IMG/VR virus record: IMGVR_UViG_3300010938_000951
Location: 124,001 to 188,000 of that record
Reading direction: 5' to 3' (one strand)
Length of the DNA stretch: 64,000 nucleotides
Of this stretch, positions 54,725 to 63,633 are shown one piece after another. The notes under the pieces are model-generated. The model was not told where the DNA came from and did no database searches. It worked only from the letters and a program-made list of their open reading frames with translations. Position 1 is the first letter of the stretch. The number at the start of each line of letters is the position of its first letter. The translations under genes were made by a program, and so were the position numbers.

Positions 54725-55264
54725 ATGCAACCCAACAACCAGCAGCGTGAATATCGTACTCGTATCAATAAATATATTCGTGTTCCTCAAATCCGTGTCG
54801 TTCTAGCTGACGGCTCTAACGCAGGTATCATGAACACCTATGAAGCACTCAAAATGGCTCAAGATCAAGGTCTTGATTTGGTTGAAATTAGCCCCAAAGC
54901 ACAGCCTCCAGTCTGTAAAATTATGGACTATGGTAAATTTAAATATGAAGAGAAGAAAAAGCTTCAAGCTGCTAAAAAGAATCAACAGATTCAAGAACTT
55001 AAAGAACTAACATTCCGCCCAAATACGGATGAAAATGATTTGAAGCATAAAGTAACTCAAGCTAAAGAATTCTTGGCCGAGGGTGATAGAGTTAAATTTG
55101 CAGTACGTTTCCGTGGTCGTGAAATTGTGCACCAGGATATTGGTAAAGATAAGCTTAATTGGATTCTTCAGGAATTAAACGGTCTGGTTGCTCCTAACCC
55201 ACAGATTAGTCTTGAAGGTAAAATTATGTGGATGATCGTTTCTCCTACTAAACAAAAGTCATAA
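54725..55264 (+). CDS. infC: Translation initiation factor IF-3
   Basis: RINKYIRVPQIRVV, GLDLVEISPKAQPPVCKIMDYGKFKYE, VKFAVRFRGRE. Confidence 0.97.
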   Translation: MQPNNQQREYRTRINKYIRVPQIRVVLADGSNAGIMNTYEALKMAQDQGLDLVEISPKAQPPVCKIMDYGKFKYEEKKKLQAAKKNQQIQELKELTFRPNTDENDLKHKVTQAKEFLAEGDRVKFAVRFRGREIVHQDIGKDKLNWILQELNGLVAPNPQISLEGKIMWMIVSPTKQKS

Positions 55265-55272
55265 TAGGAGAT

Positions 55273-55348
55273 GTCCCCGTGGTCCAAGGGATGGGCACCG
55301 CACTCCTAAGGCGGCATTATGCTGGTTCGAGTCCAGCCGGGGATACCA
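55273..55348 (+). tRNA. tRNA-Arg(CCU)
   Basis: GTCCCCG/CGGGGAT, CCGCA-ctCCTaa-GGCGG, CCA. Confidence 0.88.
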
Positions 55349-55365
55349 CTGATATATAGGTTGCC

Positions 55366-55827
55366 ATGAAGCACGACATTTCGGCTACGGCAACAGCAAA
55401 TTTAAATGATCTAATCGGGTTGTTAAAACAGCGCTTACAAAGTTCTGGTAAAGCGAAAGCAACAGATACACACGGCAATATTACTTATATTGATACGGAT
55501 ATTTTCTCTAGAGAATCATTAGAGGCTTTTATTTACCTATCTCTTTCTGATTTTAATCAAGTTCCACAATTTACCTTTTTTACATTAGAAGATACTAAGT
55601 TTATCAAAATATTTACTGATATTTTAGTTGAAGGTGCTGTGGTTTATGCATTAGGATCTAAAGCGCTTGTTGAAAAGGGAAGAGAATTTCAAATTACTGA
55701 TGGTGGAATTACATTTGATCCGCCAACAGTATCTGATCTTTTAAACACTCAATATAGCGCCCTGCTACGATTTCATTGGGAAAAACTTAAAACCATCAAA
55801 TCTCGCATCAGTGAGTTTAAGCAATAA
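55366..55827 (+). CDS. Hypothetical protein (possibly virion neck/adaptor-like)
   Basis: Leaderless motif; the fold guess is weak. Confidence 0.6.
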   Translation: MKHDISATATANLNDLIGLLKQRLQSSGKAKATDTHGNITYIDTDIFSRESLEAFIYLSLSDFNQVPQFTFFTLEDTKFIKIFTDILVEGAVVYALGSKALVEKGREFQITDGGITFDPPTVSDLLNTQYSALLRFHWEKLKTIKSRISEFKQ

Positions 55828-55845
55828 GACGATATATATTCCAGT

Positions 55846-56583
55846 ATGAAGAATGGAATTATTCTCGCCGGTGGTACGGGGTCTAGGTTGATGCCTTTGA
55901 CGCAAGTTGTTAATAAACACTTGCTTGGGGTCAACGGAAAATTTATTATTGACTATCCAATGGATACCCTTAAAAAAATGGGTTGCCAGGACGTCACTGT
56001 TATTTTGGGCGGTAATCATTATGCCCAAGTCGCGGGTTATCTTGGAGATGGTAGCCGATATGGTTTAAATCTAAACTATGTTTATCAGGCCGAACCAAAA
56101 GGGATTGCTCACGCGATTAGTCTATGCAAAAGATTCGTCTATGATGATTCTGATTTTTCAGTAATATTGGGTGATAATATTTTTGAGAATGTTCCACGCT
56201 GGAATAATCCGGATTGGAAAACGAATCCACGCGCCCAAATTCTTCTCTCACACCATAGAGATTTGAAACGTTTTGGTGTTTGTTCCATTGATACAGATGG
56301 TAAAATTGCCAAGATTGAGGAAAAACCAAAAGAGATAGATCCTAACTATAAAAACTTAGCCATGTCTGGTTGTTATTGTTTTACTCCAAGATTTTTTGAT
56401 TATTTTGAACAGCTTACCCCAAGTGATAGGGGCGAATACGAAATTACTGATATTGTGCGCCACTATTTAAAAGACGATAACCTATCTTACTCCATCATTG
56501 ATGGTTTGTGGAGTGACGCAGGGACTCACGAATCTATTGCTTTTGTGAATAATTACTTCTATACTAAATCTCGGAATCATTGA
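55846..56583 (+). CDS. rfbA: Glucose-1-phosphate thymidylyltransferase-like
   Basis: LAGGTGSRL, QAEPKGIAHA, LGDN, EEKP, RGEYEITD, WSDAGT. Confidence 0.9.
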   Translation: MKNGIILAGGTGSRLMPLTQVVNKHLLGVNGKFIIDYPMDTLKKMGCQDVTVILGGNHYAQVAGYLGDGSRYGLNLNYVYQAEPKGIAHAISLCKRFVYDDSDFSVILGDNIFENVPRWNNPDWKTNPRAQILLSHHRDLKRFGVCSIDTDGKIAKIEEKPKEIDPNYKNLAMSGCYCFTPRFFDYFEQLTPSDRGEYEITDIVRHYLKDDNLSYSIIDGLWSDAGTHESIAFVNNYFYTKSRNH

Positions 56584-56608
56584 TATAGTAGCTTCAGATT
56601 ACTGATTA

Positions 56609-57481
56609 ATGATTCGAGGTACTATGAAAGTAATGACATTGGGTAACGGCTTTGTCGCCGACCATTTACCATATGATAGGATTCTAAAGACAACTGAGCG
56701 AGCTGAGCCTTATCGAGAAAATTTGGCGTATCTTCTATCTCGTGATAAACCAGATGTGATTGTTAATTGTCTTGGTAAAACAGGAAGGCCCAACGTAGAT
56801 TGGTGTGAGTCTCATAAAACTGAAACTTATATGGCCAATGTAACTATGCCACTTATGATTGCAGAATGGTGTGAAGGTAATAATGTTCATTTAATTAATA
56901 TTGGATCTGGTTGTATCTTTTTTGGACCGTCTCCATGTAAAGGTCATGCATCTGACGCTAAGGATCCGGGATGGCGTGAAGATGATTTTGCCAAGCCAGA
57001 ATCATTCTATTCTAAAACTAAATATGCATGTGATATGATGATTGGATCAATGCCACATGTAACTACATTACGTATTAGAATGCCGGTATCTAATAAAGAT
57101 GTTCCTCGTAATTTAATCAATAAACTTCGAGGATATAAACAGGTCATTGATATTCCTAATTCAATGACTTTGATGAGCGATCTAGTTCGCTGTATTGATT
57201 GGATGGCTGAAAAAAGACCAGGAGGTATTTGGCATGTAGCGAATCCTCAACCATTGACAGCGGCTCGTATTATGAGAGAGTACCAGAAATATATTCCAGA
57301 ACATCAGTTTGAAATTATCACTGAAGGTCAATTGGACCAAATGACTGTGGCCAAGCGCTCTAATTGTATATTGAATACAGATAAATTACGATTGGCTGGG
57401 TTTAAGATGACCGATACAGAAGAGGCCTTAGAAACATGTATGGCTGAATATATTAAAGATATGCGGAGAAATAATGTCTAA
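56609..57481 (+). CDS. NDP-4-keto-6-deoxyglucose 3,5-epimerase/4-reductase (NRS/ER, RmlD-like)
   Basis: GKTGRPNVDWCE, SGCIF, SFYSKTK, LRIRMP, RSNCILNT. Confidence 0.85.
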   Translation: MIRGTMKVMTLGNGFVADHLPYDRILKTTERAEPYRENLAYLLSRDKPDVIVNCLGKTGRPNVDWCESHKTETYMANVTMPLMIAEWCEGNNVHLINIGSGCIFFGPSPCKGHASDAKDPGWREDDFAKPESFYSKTKYACDMMIGSMPHVTTLRIRMPVSNKDVPRNLINKLRGYKQVIDIPNSMTLMSDLVRCIDWMAEKRPGGIWHVANPQPLTAARIMREYQKYIPEHQFEIITEGQLDQMTVAKRSNCILNTDKLRLAGFKMTDTEEALETCMAEYIKDMRRNNV

Positions 57482-57668
57482 CAAAAATGTTACAATTGAT
57501 TTAAAAGCTAGAAAAGATATTGATGGACAAACTTTCTATGTTGGAAAGATCAAAGCACCAGTTTTAATTGATTGTTCAATGGGTGCAGTATTTCTTGTGT
57601 TTGTTTCAGATAAGGGAGATGAGCAACTTCAGATTGCTTTAATGGATAATAAAGAATTGGATGATTAA
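57474..57668 (+). CDS. Hypothetical protein
   Basis: GGAG SD. Confidence 0.65.
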   Translation: MSNKNVTIDLKARKDIDGQTFYVGKIKAPVLIDCSMGAVFLVFVSDKGDEQLQIALMDNKELDD

Positions 57669-57967
57669 TGGCTAATCATTTTGAAACTCTGTGGGAACAA
57701 TGTGAAAAGTTCCAAAAGGATGCTGCTGCCAACGCTAATATTCAACAGTTAGTTGAGGAACTAATGATGAAAATTAGTTTGTACAAAGCAATTGATGCCA
57801 AAACAGAGATTCCAGAAGAAGACCGTCAAAAAGTAAAATCTCGCACATTAGGCGAGATTTTATTGACATTGACGGCGTTGTCTCTTAAGGACAATATCAA
57901 TGTTTATGACTCTTTGAACATAGCGCTTCAGTATAGAAGCGTTGATCATTATGTTAGAAAAACTTAA
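57668..57967 (+). CDS. Hypothetical protein (MazG-like helical fold possible)
   Basis: TAATG-coupled; LGEILLTL. Confidence 0.55.
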   Translation: MANHFETLWEQCEKFQKDAAANANIQQLVEELMMKISLYKAIDAKTEIPEEDRQKVKSRTLGEILLTLTALSLKDNINVYDSLNIALQYRSVDHYVRKT

Positions 57968-58317
57968 ACTACTACTAATTTGTAGGAGTGCGGCAATACA
58001 TTTGTATCTGTCAACTTTTGCATAGTCTGCAACACTGCATTATAATTAGCCTGAGTAGCTTGTCCAGGTTTAAACCCAACATGCATTTCATTGCCTTTAT
58101 CTTCTAGATTAACAATTGTTTGTCTAACTGCTGGTGCTAGTGCATTAAGTACCGCTCTGGCTGTTTGCTTTTCCGCTTTATTAGGATCTAAATGCTGCGG
58201 AGCCATAACAGGGGTAGATGCTGGGGCAAGACCTTGACCCTGAGCTAATTTCATAATAATTTTTTGCTGATTAGAAGCGATTTTAAGTAGCTTCTCAATA
58301 ACCTTTTTTGAATCCAT
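57964..58317 (-). CDS. Hypothetical protein, LLKIASNQQKI..LAQ family
   Basis: GGAG SD; paralog of the next ORF. Confidence 0.75.
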   Translation of the reverse strand: MDSKKVIEKLLKIASNQQKIIMKLAQGQGLAPASTPVMAPQHLDPNKAEKQTARAVLNALAPAVRQTIVNLEDKGNEMHVGFKPGQATQANYNAVLQTMQKLTDTNVLPHSYKLVVV

Positions 58318-58350
58318 AACAACTCCTATAGCCAATGTTCAATTATTAGT

Positions 58351-58710
58351 TTAGACGAAAAACACAGATAGGTTGGCTAATTCGGCCTGATCTGGTTTTT
58401 GAGAAGCAACCATAGCTTTCAATTGTCTAGTGAATTTTTCTCGGATATCATTTTTAGGTGGGGCTCCACTTACTTTTATAGTATAGCCTCCCATAGTTTG
58501 TACAGATGGATCTGTTCCTTGGCCGCCTGGAGTGGCTGTCACTTCTACATGGCTAGCATTAAATCCGCTGTTAGCTGCTGTAATTTGTGCGGCACTTTTT
58601 AAATATGCAATATTAGGATCTTGTACCTGAGCAAGGCGAGAAAGAATCTTCTGTTGATTAGAGGCAATCTTTAGAAGCTTGCTCAGAATCATTTTGTCTT
58701 TGTCATTCAT
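58351..58710 (-). CDS. Hypothetical protein, LLKIASNQQKI..LAQ family
   Basis: Shared N-terminus with 57964..58317. Confidence 0.75.
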   Translation of the reverse strand: MNDKDKMILSKLLKIASNQQKILSRLAQVQDPNIAYLKSAAQITAANSGFNASHVEVTATPGGQGTDPSVQTMGGYTIKVSGAPPKNDIREKFTRQLKAMVASQKPDQAELANLSVFFV

Positions 58711-59155
58711 GTTTTCCATCCAAACTTTGTTGTAGTAAGTAAACGGCCTCTTCACGATTACTTGCAATTGCCATAATCATATCATCTAGCCCCAACGTCA
58801 GCTTACCCTCATCTTCAAAACAGTTGTAGGCATCCTTAGAGAACTTTAGAAAATCCTTTTCGGCCGCCAAGGACATCTGAATTGGTGAGCCTTCTAGATT
58901 TTTATACTTTAACATGACTTTGTGCAGCAATTCATTTTGCAAATCATAGTTAAGGCACTGGTCACCAAAAACGCCAATAAATTTTTCTGCTGCTAAATCA
59001 AGGTCTTCTAGTGTAGAATTGTATAATCTTTCAAATAATAAATGATCACCATAAAATGCAACACCTTTGGTGGTCCAATGATTATGTTGATGTATTAGGG
59101 CTAATGCCTTGAGAGTAGCTACGTACAAAGCCCCGACTTTACTACATTTATCCAT
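58703..59155 (-). CDS. Dps/ferritin-like protein
   Basis: HQHNHW, FYGDHLLFERLY, DLAAEK. Confidence 0.8.
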   Translation of the reverse strand: MDKCSKVGALYVATLKALALIHQHNHWTTKGVAFYGDHLLFERLYNSTLEDLDLAAEKFIGVFGDQCLNYDLQNELLHKVMLKYKNLEGSPIQMSLAAEKDFLKFSKDAYNCFEDEGKLTLGLDDMIMAIASNREEAVYLLQQSLDGKHE

Positions 59156-59332
59156 GGGGTGAGTCCTAGAAGTTACGGAGTAATATAAACCGCACAAAGA
59201 TATGTTTTTATTGGTAGCTTGCCCAGAAAATAGTATTTTTTGTAAAGTATGTCAATTTTGAACTGGATCTCGACAACGGCGAGGGGGATCTATAGGGGGA
59301 GTAATGTTATATATGATCCGTAGGATTTTTAT

Positions 59333-59683
59333 ATGAAAAAACAGAAAACAATCGTTCCGTTCCATTTCAAGGATATGACCCATCAGCAAATGGTAGACTA
59401 TCTAAATGAAGTCTACCCTGTCAGCCTTAAACATAATGAAGACTTAGTTAATAGAGTGCATGCTAGGTACCCAGTTTTAGATAAGTCTGAGGTGGGTATC
59501 ATAGTGAAAGCGGTTTTTGCTAGCTTTCGCGATTTGTTAGTTCTCGGAAAAATTCTAAATTTCAATAGTTTATTTTTCGACACAAAATTGCATTTTTTTG
59601 ATCATCGACGAGGCGGCCGTATATTACCATCCTTGAAAGTTCGCATATCTACGCCCCCAAAGCTGAGGAAACATGACAAATAA
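59333..59683 (+). CDS. HU/IHF-like DNA-binding protein
   Basis: IVKAVF..FRDLL..G..L.F pattern with basic arm. Confidence 0.5.
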   Translation: MKKQKTIVPFHFKDMTHQQMVDYLNEVYPVSLKHNEDLVNRVHARYPVLDKSEVGIIVKAVFASFRDLLVLGKILNFNSLFFDTKLHFFDHRRGGRILPSLKVRISTPPKLRKHDK

Positions 59684-60017
59684 AGAATTAGAAGATTTTT
59701 TCTTCAACGAAGATTCGGATGAAGAAATTGAAGATGTCAAAGTAGATTTTGATAAAATACAAGATAACCTTCCGCAATATTCTAGTCAGAAACTATGCGA
59801 GATGATTGTTTGCGACCGTTATTTTGGTTTTGGGCAAAGTATATCTGTAATGTGTATGGAAGAGTTGGCTAGGCGCCGCCTCGCTGGCGATTCATTTAAT
59901 TACGAAGCTCATATTGCCGAAATCTCTAAAGAGATGCCTGAGTTAGATTTAAGTATTACACCGGATATTAGAACTGTACTTAATCAAGCCATAAGTAGAA
60001 AGATTAATAATCGATGA
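59673..60017 (+). CDS. Hypothetical protein
   Basis: GAGG SD. Confidence 0.7.
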   Translation: MTNKELEDFFFNEDSDEEIEDVKVDFDKIQDNLPQYSSQKLCEMIVCDRYFGFGQSISVMCMEELARRRLAGDSFNYEAHIAEISKEMPELDLSITPDIRTVLNQAISRKINNR

Positions 60018-60562
60018 ATCGTAAACTAACTGAACAGATAGCTTTACATATTCTTGCTAATCTTGGAGTGGTGACAGCAAATTTTGTCAATAAAGAATCC
60101 ACTCAATCCATTATTAATAACTCTTATCTTTTACCGGAAAAGATTTCTTTCGTTGGCGAGGATAAAGAGTTAAGAAAAAACATTTATGGTTGTCAAGTAT
60201 CGGTAGCTGATGCTAAAGAATTACGTTTATTATTAGCAGATTGTACTCAAGAAAAAGAGTTTCCAGAATTTGCTTTGTTGGTTCAGTTAAAAGATTCACC
60301 TGCTTTTGGTTTATATATGATTGTATCTAATGATAAAATAGATTCAGAGGTTTTATTTGCGGTTAGTACTGATAAGCAAAGTTGGATGCCATGTAGTATT
60401 TATTTGCAGGCCACATTCTTAGCAGGAATGGAACAATTAAGAGATATAGGATTTGGTTGGACAAAAGCCACTAATTATAGTGAGCAATATCATCGGCTAC
60501 TTTCATTTATTAAATTTCATCATAGTTATTATCAGGAGGAAGATGAGGGGCAAGAAGAGTGA
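60014..60562 (+). CDS. Hypothetical protein
   Basis: ATGA-coupled ORF. Confidence 0.7.
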   Translation: MNRKLTEQIALHILANLGVVTANFVNKESTQSIINNSYLLPEKISFVGEDKELRKNIYGCQVSVADAKELRLLLADCTQEKEFPEFALLVQLKDSPAFGLYMIVSNDKIDSEVLFAVSTDKQSWMPCSIYLQATFLAGMEQLRDIGFGWTKATNYSEQYHRLLSFIKFHHSYYQEEDEGQEE

Positions 60563-61016
60563 TCAGGCATTTGTTGCTCAATTCATTGCAGAAGCAGTTC
60601 AGCATGGTATTGAAACGCCAGAAGAAATAATTAAAGATGCGAAGAAAAAAATCGAACAGATTGATGAAGAGATTAAGGCTGTTGAAGCTAAAAAGATTCT
60701 AAGATCAAAATTGTTGGACGTTATTTTGACATTTGAGAAACAAATCAAAACTACGTCCGATAATGCTAAATTTTTGCCATTTTTCGATTTAGAATATCCT
60801 GCTCAATGCAAGGAAATTTGTGATTTACTTAAAAGCGGTGTTAGTATGATTCCAATCAATAGTTGGCGTACTCAATATATGGAAGATGGAGCTACTATTA
60901 AGTTTTGCTATAAACAGCTATTAGAACGAAAAATTTTATCCCGTAAGGGAGATAATTTAATTCGTGGTGAGAGATTTGATGAATATATGACTTTTGTATT
61001 GCGTGAGGTTAAGTGA
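60543..61016 (+). CDS. Hypothetical protein (coiled coil plus possible winged helix)
   Basis: GGAGG SD. Confidence 0.7.
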   Translation: MRGKKSDQAFVAQFIAEAVQHGIETPEEIIKDAKKKIEQIDEEIKAVEAKKILRSKLLDVILTFEKQIKTTSDNAKFLPFFDLEYPAQCKEICDLLKSGVSMIPINSWRTQYMEDGATIKFCYKQLLERKILSRKGDNLIRGERFDEYMTFVLREVK

Positions 61017-61378
61017 TTATTTTAGTACAGGATAGATATAGCAATTTTCATTTGTCAGATTATACGCCATATACTGGCCATAAATATACTTTATGTAATC
61101 GCATTTATCACACAAAAGATATTATTAATACTTTAGCGTTAGATAATGCTTTTCCTGGTATTTGCCGAACTTGTCATGATACTTATGAGTCTATGTATTT
61201 TGATGATTTGAACTATGATCCTCGTATGGCTCATAATTCATTGCATATTAATTTAGTAAATACATATTTCCACGTTACATCCAAAATGGCTGGTCCTGAA
61301 ATCAAGTATTGGGATATGACTCATAAAAATTGGGGCACATTACGCAAACTCCAACGAAAAGTTGCCACGAGGAAATAA
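61013..61378 (+). CDS. Hypothetical protein
   Basis: GAGG SD plus GTG; H..C..CxxC. Confidence 0.6.
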   Translation: MIILVQDRYSNFHLSDYTPYTGHKYTLCNRIYHTKDIINTLALDNAFPGICRTCHDTYESMYFDDLNYDPRMAHNSLHINLVNTYFHVTSKMAGPEIKYWDMTHKNWGTLRKLQRKVATRK

Positions 61379-61704
61379 TGCCGCTCAGTATAAGTAAAAG
61401 AGATTTATGGCATTATGTGAATAAAAAAATTAAACGCTTAATACATCACTATCATGTATTTAGTGTCATTAGTATATTATTTGAAGAAATGTTAAAGGAT
61501 TTGAAATCTGGTAAAGAAATTAAGATTGTTAATTTTGGAAAGTTAGTACTTAAAGATACTCCTCCACGAAAATATCATGATGTTAGATTTCATCGTATGA
61601 TGGAATCGCCAGGACATCGTATCATGAGGCTATTTTTATCGAAACCAATTCGCAAAAAATTATGCGAATCCTTGGATCTTGACAAAAAAAATAAAGGTGA
61701 TTAA
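61378..61704 (+). CDS. HU/IHF-like DNA-binding protein
   Basis: LKSGKEIKIVNFGKL, PRKYHDV, F.SKPIRK. Confidence 0.8.
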   Translation: MPLSISKRDLWHYVNKKIKRLIHHYHVFSVISILFEEMLKDLKSGKEIKIVNFGKLVLKDTPPRKYHDVRFHRMMESPGHRIMRLFLSKPIRKKLCESLDLDKKNKGD

Positions 61705-61705
61705 G

Positions 61706-62092
61706 ATGAGGAAAAGAGGCCCGCGCCCGGTTGTGTTTGTTTGTGTAGGGTTAGATCCTAATAAGCCAGACGATCCAATTTCAAAGGAAATTACTGCTGC
61801 TTCCCAGAATGAAGCAGCTTCTTTGTTTTTTGAAAAAACAAAGTTAAAAGCTAAAACTATTCACGGCCCATATAGACCCAAGAGAGCCCAAGTATTAGAA
61901 AATACTCGCAATATGAAATTTAGCGATCAATCAAAAAAAGCAATTTATAATGATTGGGAAGTGACGGCTTTTTATCTAAAAGAACCAGAGAACCATGCAT
62001 ATTTAATCTTTCAAAGAAGGGTTGATGGTCAGAAGATAGCCGCACCCAAAGGTACCATCATTGTACCTATTTCAGACTTGAGGTTTTCATAA
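61706..62092 (+). CDS. Hypothetical protein
   Basis: AGGTG SD. Confidence 0.7.
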   Translation: MRKRGPRPVVFVCVGLDPNKPDDPISKEITAASQNEAASLFFEKTKLKAKTIHGPYRPKRAQVLENTRNMKFSDQSKKAIYNDWEVTAFYLKEPENHAYLIFQRRVDGQKIAAPKGTIIVPISDLRFS

Positions 62093-62442
62093 TGAATAAA
62101 ACGTTTCTTAAGAAAATGAAAGCTCTATTATTAGAGCAAAAAGTAGAATTATTGAAATCTACTGCACAAGATGTGGTTGTTGATAATGAGGGTGATGAGA
62201 CCGATGAAATTCAGGCTAATCAATTGATTGAAATGAATCATCAATTAGCTGTGCGCTCGTCTGCTAAAATGTCTCAAATAGAATCAGCTTTGAAAAGAAT
62301 TGAAGAGGGAACATATGGCTTATGTCAAGACTGTGAAGATCCAATTCCAGAAAAGAGACTGCTAAGTAATCCATATTTTCAAACATGTGTGTCTTGTGCT
62401 GAAGAGCGTGAAGCGGAAGAAAAACAAAGAAAGAGGTTTTGA
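62092..62442 (+). CDS. dksA: DksA/TraR family C4 zinc-finger protein
   Basis: GDETDE, ALKRIEEGTYGLCQDC, IPEKRL, CVSC. Confidence 0.9.
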   Translation: MNKTFLKKMKALLLEQKVELLKSTAQDVVVDNEGDETDEIQANQLIEMNHQLAVRSSAKMSQIESALKRIEEGTYGLCQDCEDPIPEKRLLSNPYFQTCVSCAEEREAEEKQRKRF

Positions 62443-63029
62443 TCTTGAATACATTAGTACTTGAGCAAACTGAATATGGCGAAGTGCCCATCGATGTGTA
62501 TCAGAAATTATCTAGTGATCGTATTCTGTTTCTAACAGAATCTTTAAATGACGAACTTGCGTCTGATATTGTGGCAACTCTACTGCTAAAGGACAGTGAA
62601 GACTCTGATGAAAAGATTACACTTTTCATTAATTGTCATGGTGGTGATATTCGCAATGCATTCATGATTTATGATGTTATGACTATGATTAAAGCGCCTA
62701 TTGAAACTATCTGTGTTGGCACCGCTATGGATGAGGCCGTTATTTTGTTGTCTGGTGGTACCAAGGGTATGAGATTTGCAACCCCACATGCAATTATTGC
62801 AGCAACACAGTTGGTAGCTGGTTGGCATATGCATACAGATTTGCCGGGTGCCCAAGCTGTTTTTGAGCAAGAAAAGCAAGATAATCAGCGCCTAATGGAG
62901 ATTCTATCAAAAACAACTGGTAAATCTTTAACTCAGGTCAAAAAAGATTTTGATCGTCGAGTGTTCTTTAATGCCAAAAGTGCTTTGAAGTATGGTTTTA
63001 TTGATAAAATTGTTTCTTATAGTAAGTAA
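62439..63029 (+). CDS. ClpP-like subunit, catalytic triad lost (ClpR-like)
   Basis: DVYQKLSSDRILFL, INCHGG; GTAMDEA where Ser is expected; His and Asp positions also substituted. Confidence 0.85.
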   Translation: MILNTLVLEQTEYGEVPIDVYQKLSSDRILFLTESLNDELASDIVATLLLKDSEDSDEKITLFINCHGGDIRNAFMIYDVMTMIKAPIETICVGTAMDEAVILLSGGTKGMRFATPHAIIAATQLVAGWHMHTDLPGAQAVFEQEKQDNQRLMEILSKTTGKSLTQVKKDFDRRVFFNAKSALKYGFIDKIVSYSK

Positions 63030-63032
63030 GGT

Positions 63033-63632
63033 ATGAATATGAATAAGAAAGAACAGCCACATCAGCCTGATAATTTTCGCATGCAAATGCCATCAGGATA
63101 TGGTGAAAGTTATGTCAAAATGACAAAAAGCCGATCCTTATTCATTTCGGAAAATGTTTCCGATAGATTAGGTGCCGAGCTATCAGCCATGTTATTATAT
63201 TATGATAATCAAGATCCCGAAGCGGATATTAATATTTACATTCATACCAACGGGGGCGCTACTACTGGTATGGCTAATATTTATGATGTAATGCAGATGA
63301 TACATGCCCCAATCAAAACTATTCTTTTAGGTAAAGCATATTCTGCGGGGGCTTGGATTTTAGCTGGTGGTACGAAGGGTAAGCGATATGCCCTTCATAG
63401 CGCTAAAGTTATGATTCATGGCACTCAATTCACTTTTCCTATTCCTGGATTCGATTTCACAAACAGCAAAAATTATTTGGAATTTGTGAACGAAGAAAAT
63501 GATGCAATGTTGAAAGTTTTAGCAAAGCATACAGGTCAACCTTTTGAAAAAATTAAAGCTGACTGCCAGACTGAATATTGGATGGATGCTAAAGCTGCGA
63601 AAGAATATGGCATTATAGATCATATTTTATAA
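63033..63632 (+). CDS. clpP: ATP-dependent Clp protease proteolytic subunit
   Basis: YIHTNGG, GKAYSAG (Ser), VMIHG (His), HTGQP. Confidence 0.9.
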   Translation: MNMNKKEQPHQPDNFRMQMPSGYGESYVKMTKSRSLFISENVSDRLGAELSAMLLYYDNQDPEADINIYIHTNGGATTGMANIYDVMQMIHAPIKTILLGKAYSAGAWILAGGTKGKRYALHSAKVMIHGTQFTFPIPGFDFTNSKNYLEFVNEENDAMLKVLAKHTGQPFEKIKADCQTEYWMDAKAAKEYGIIDHIL

Positions 63633-63633
63633 G

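Noticed and set aside
59200-59330. ncRNA or origin in the divergent intergenic gap
   Set aside because: Only short, weak hairpins and G runs; adequately explained by divergent promoters.
5226-62879. Many short antisense or alternate-frame ORFs (e.g. 5226, 5467, 7764, 10388, 14204, 16091, 25131, 30460, 44602, 53577, 62586)
   Set aside because: They lie inside well-supported genes and have no motifs or SD.
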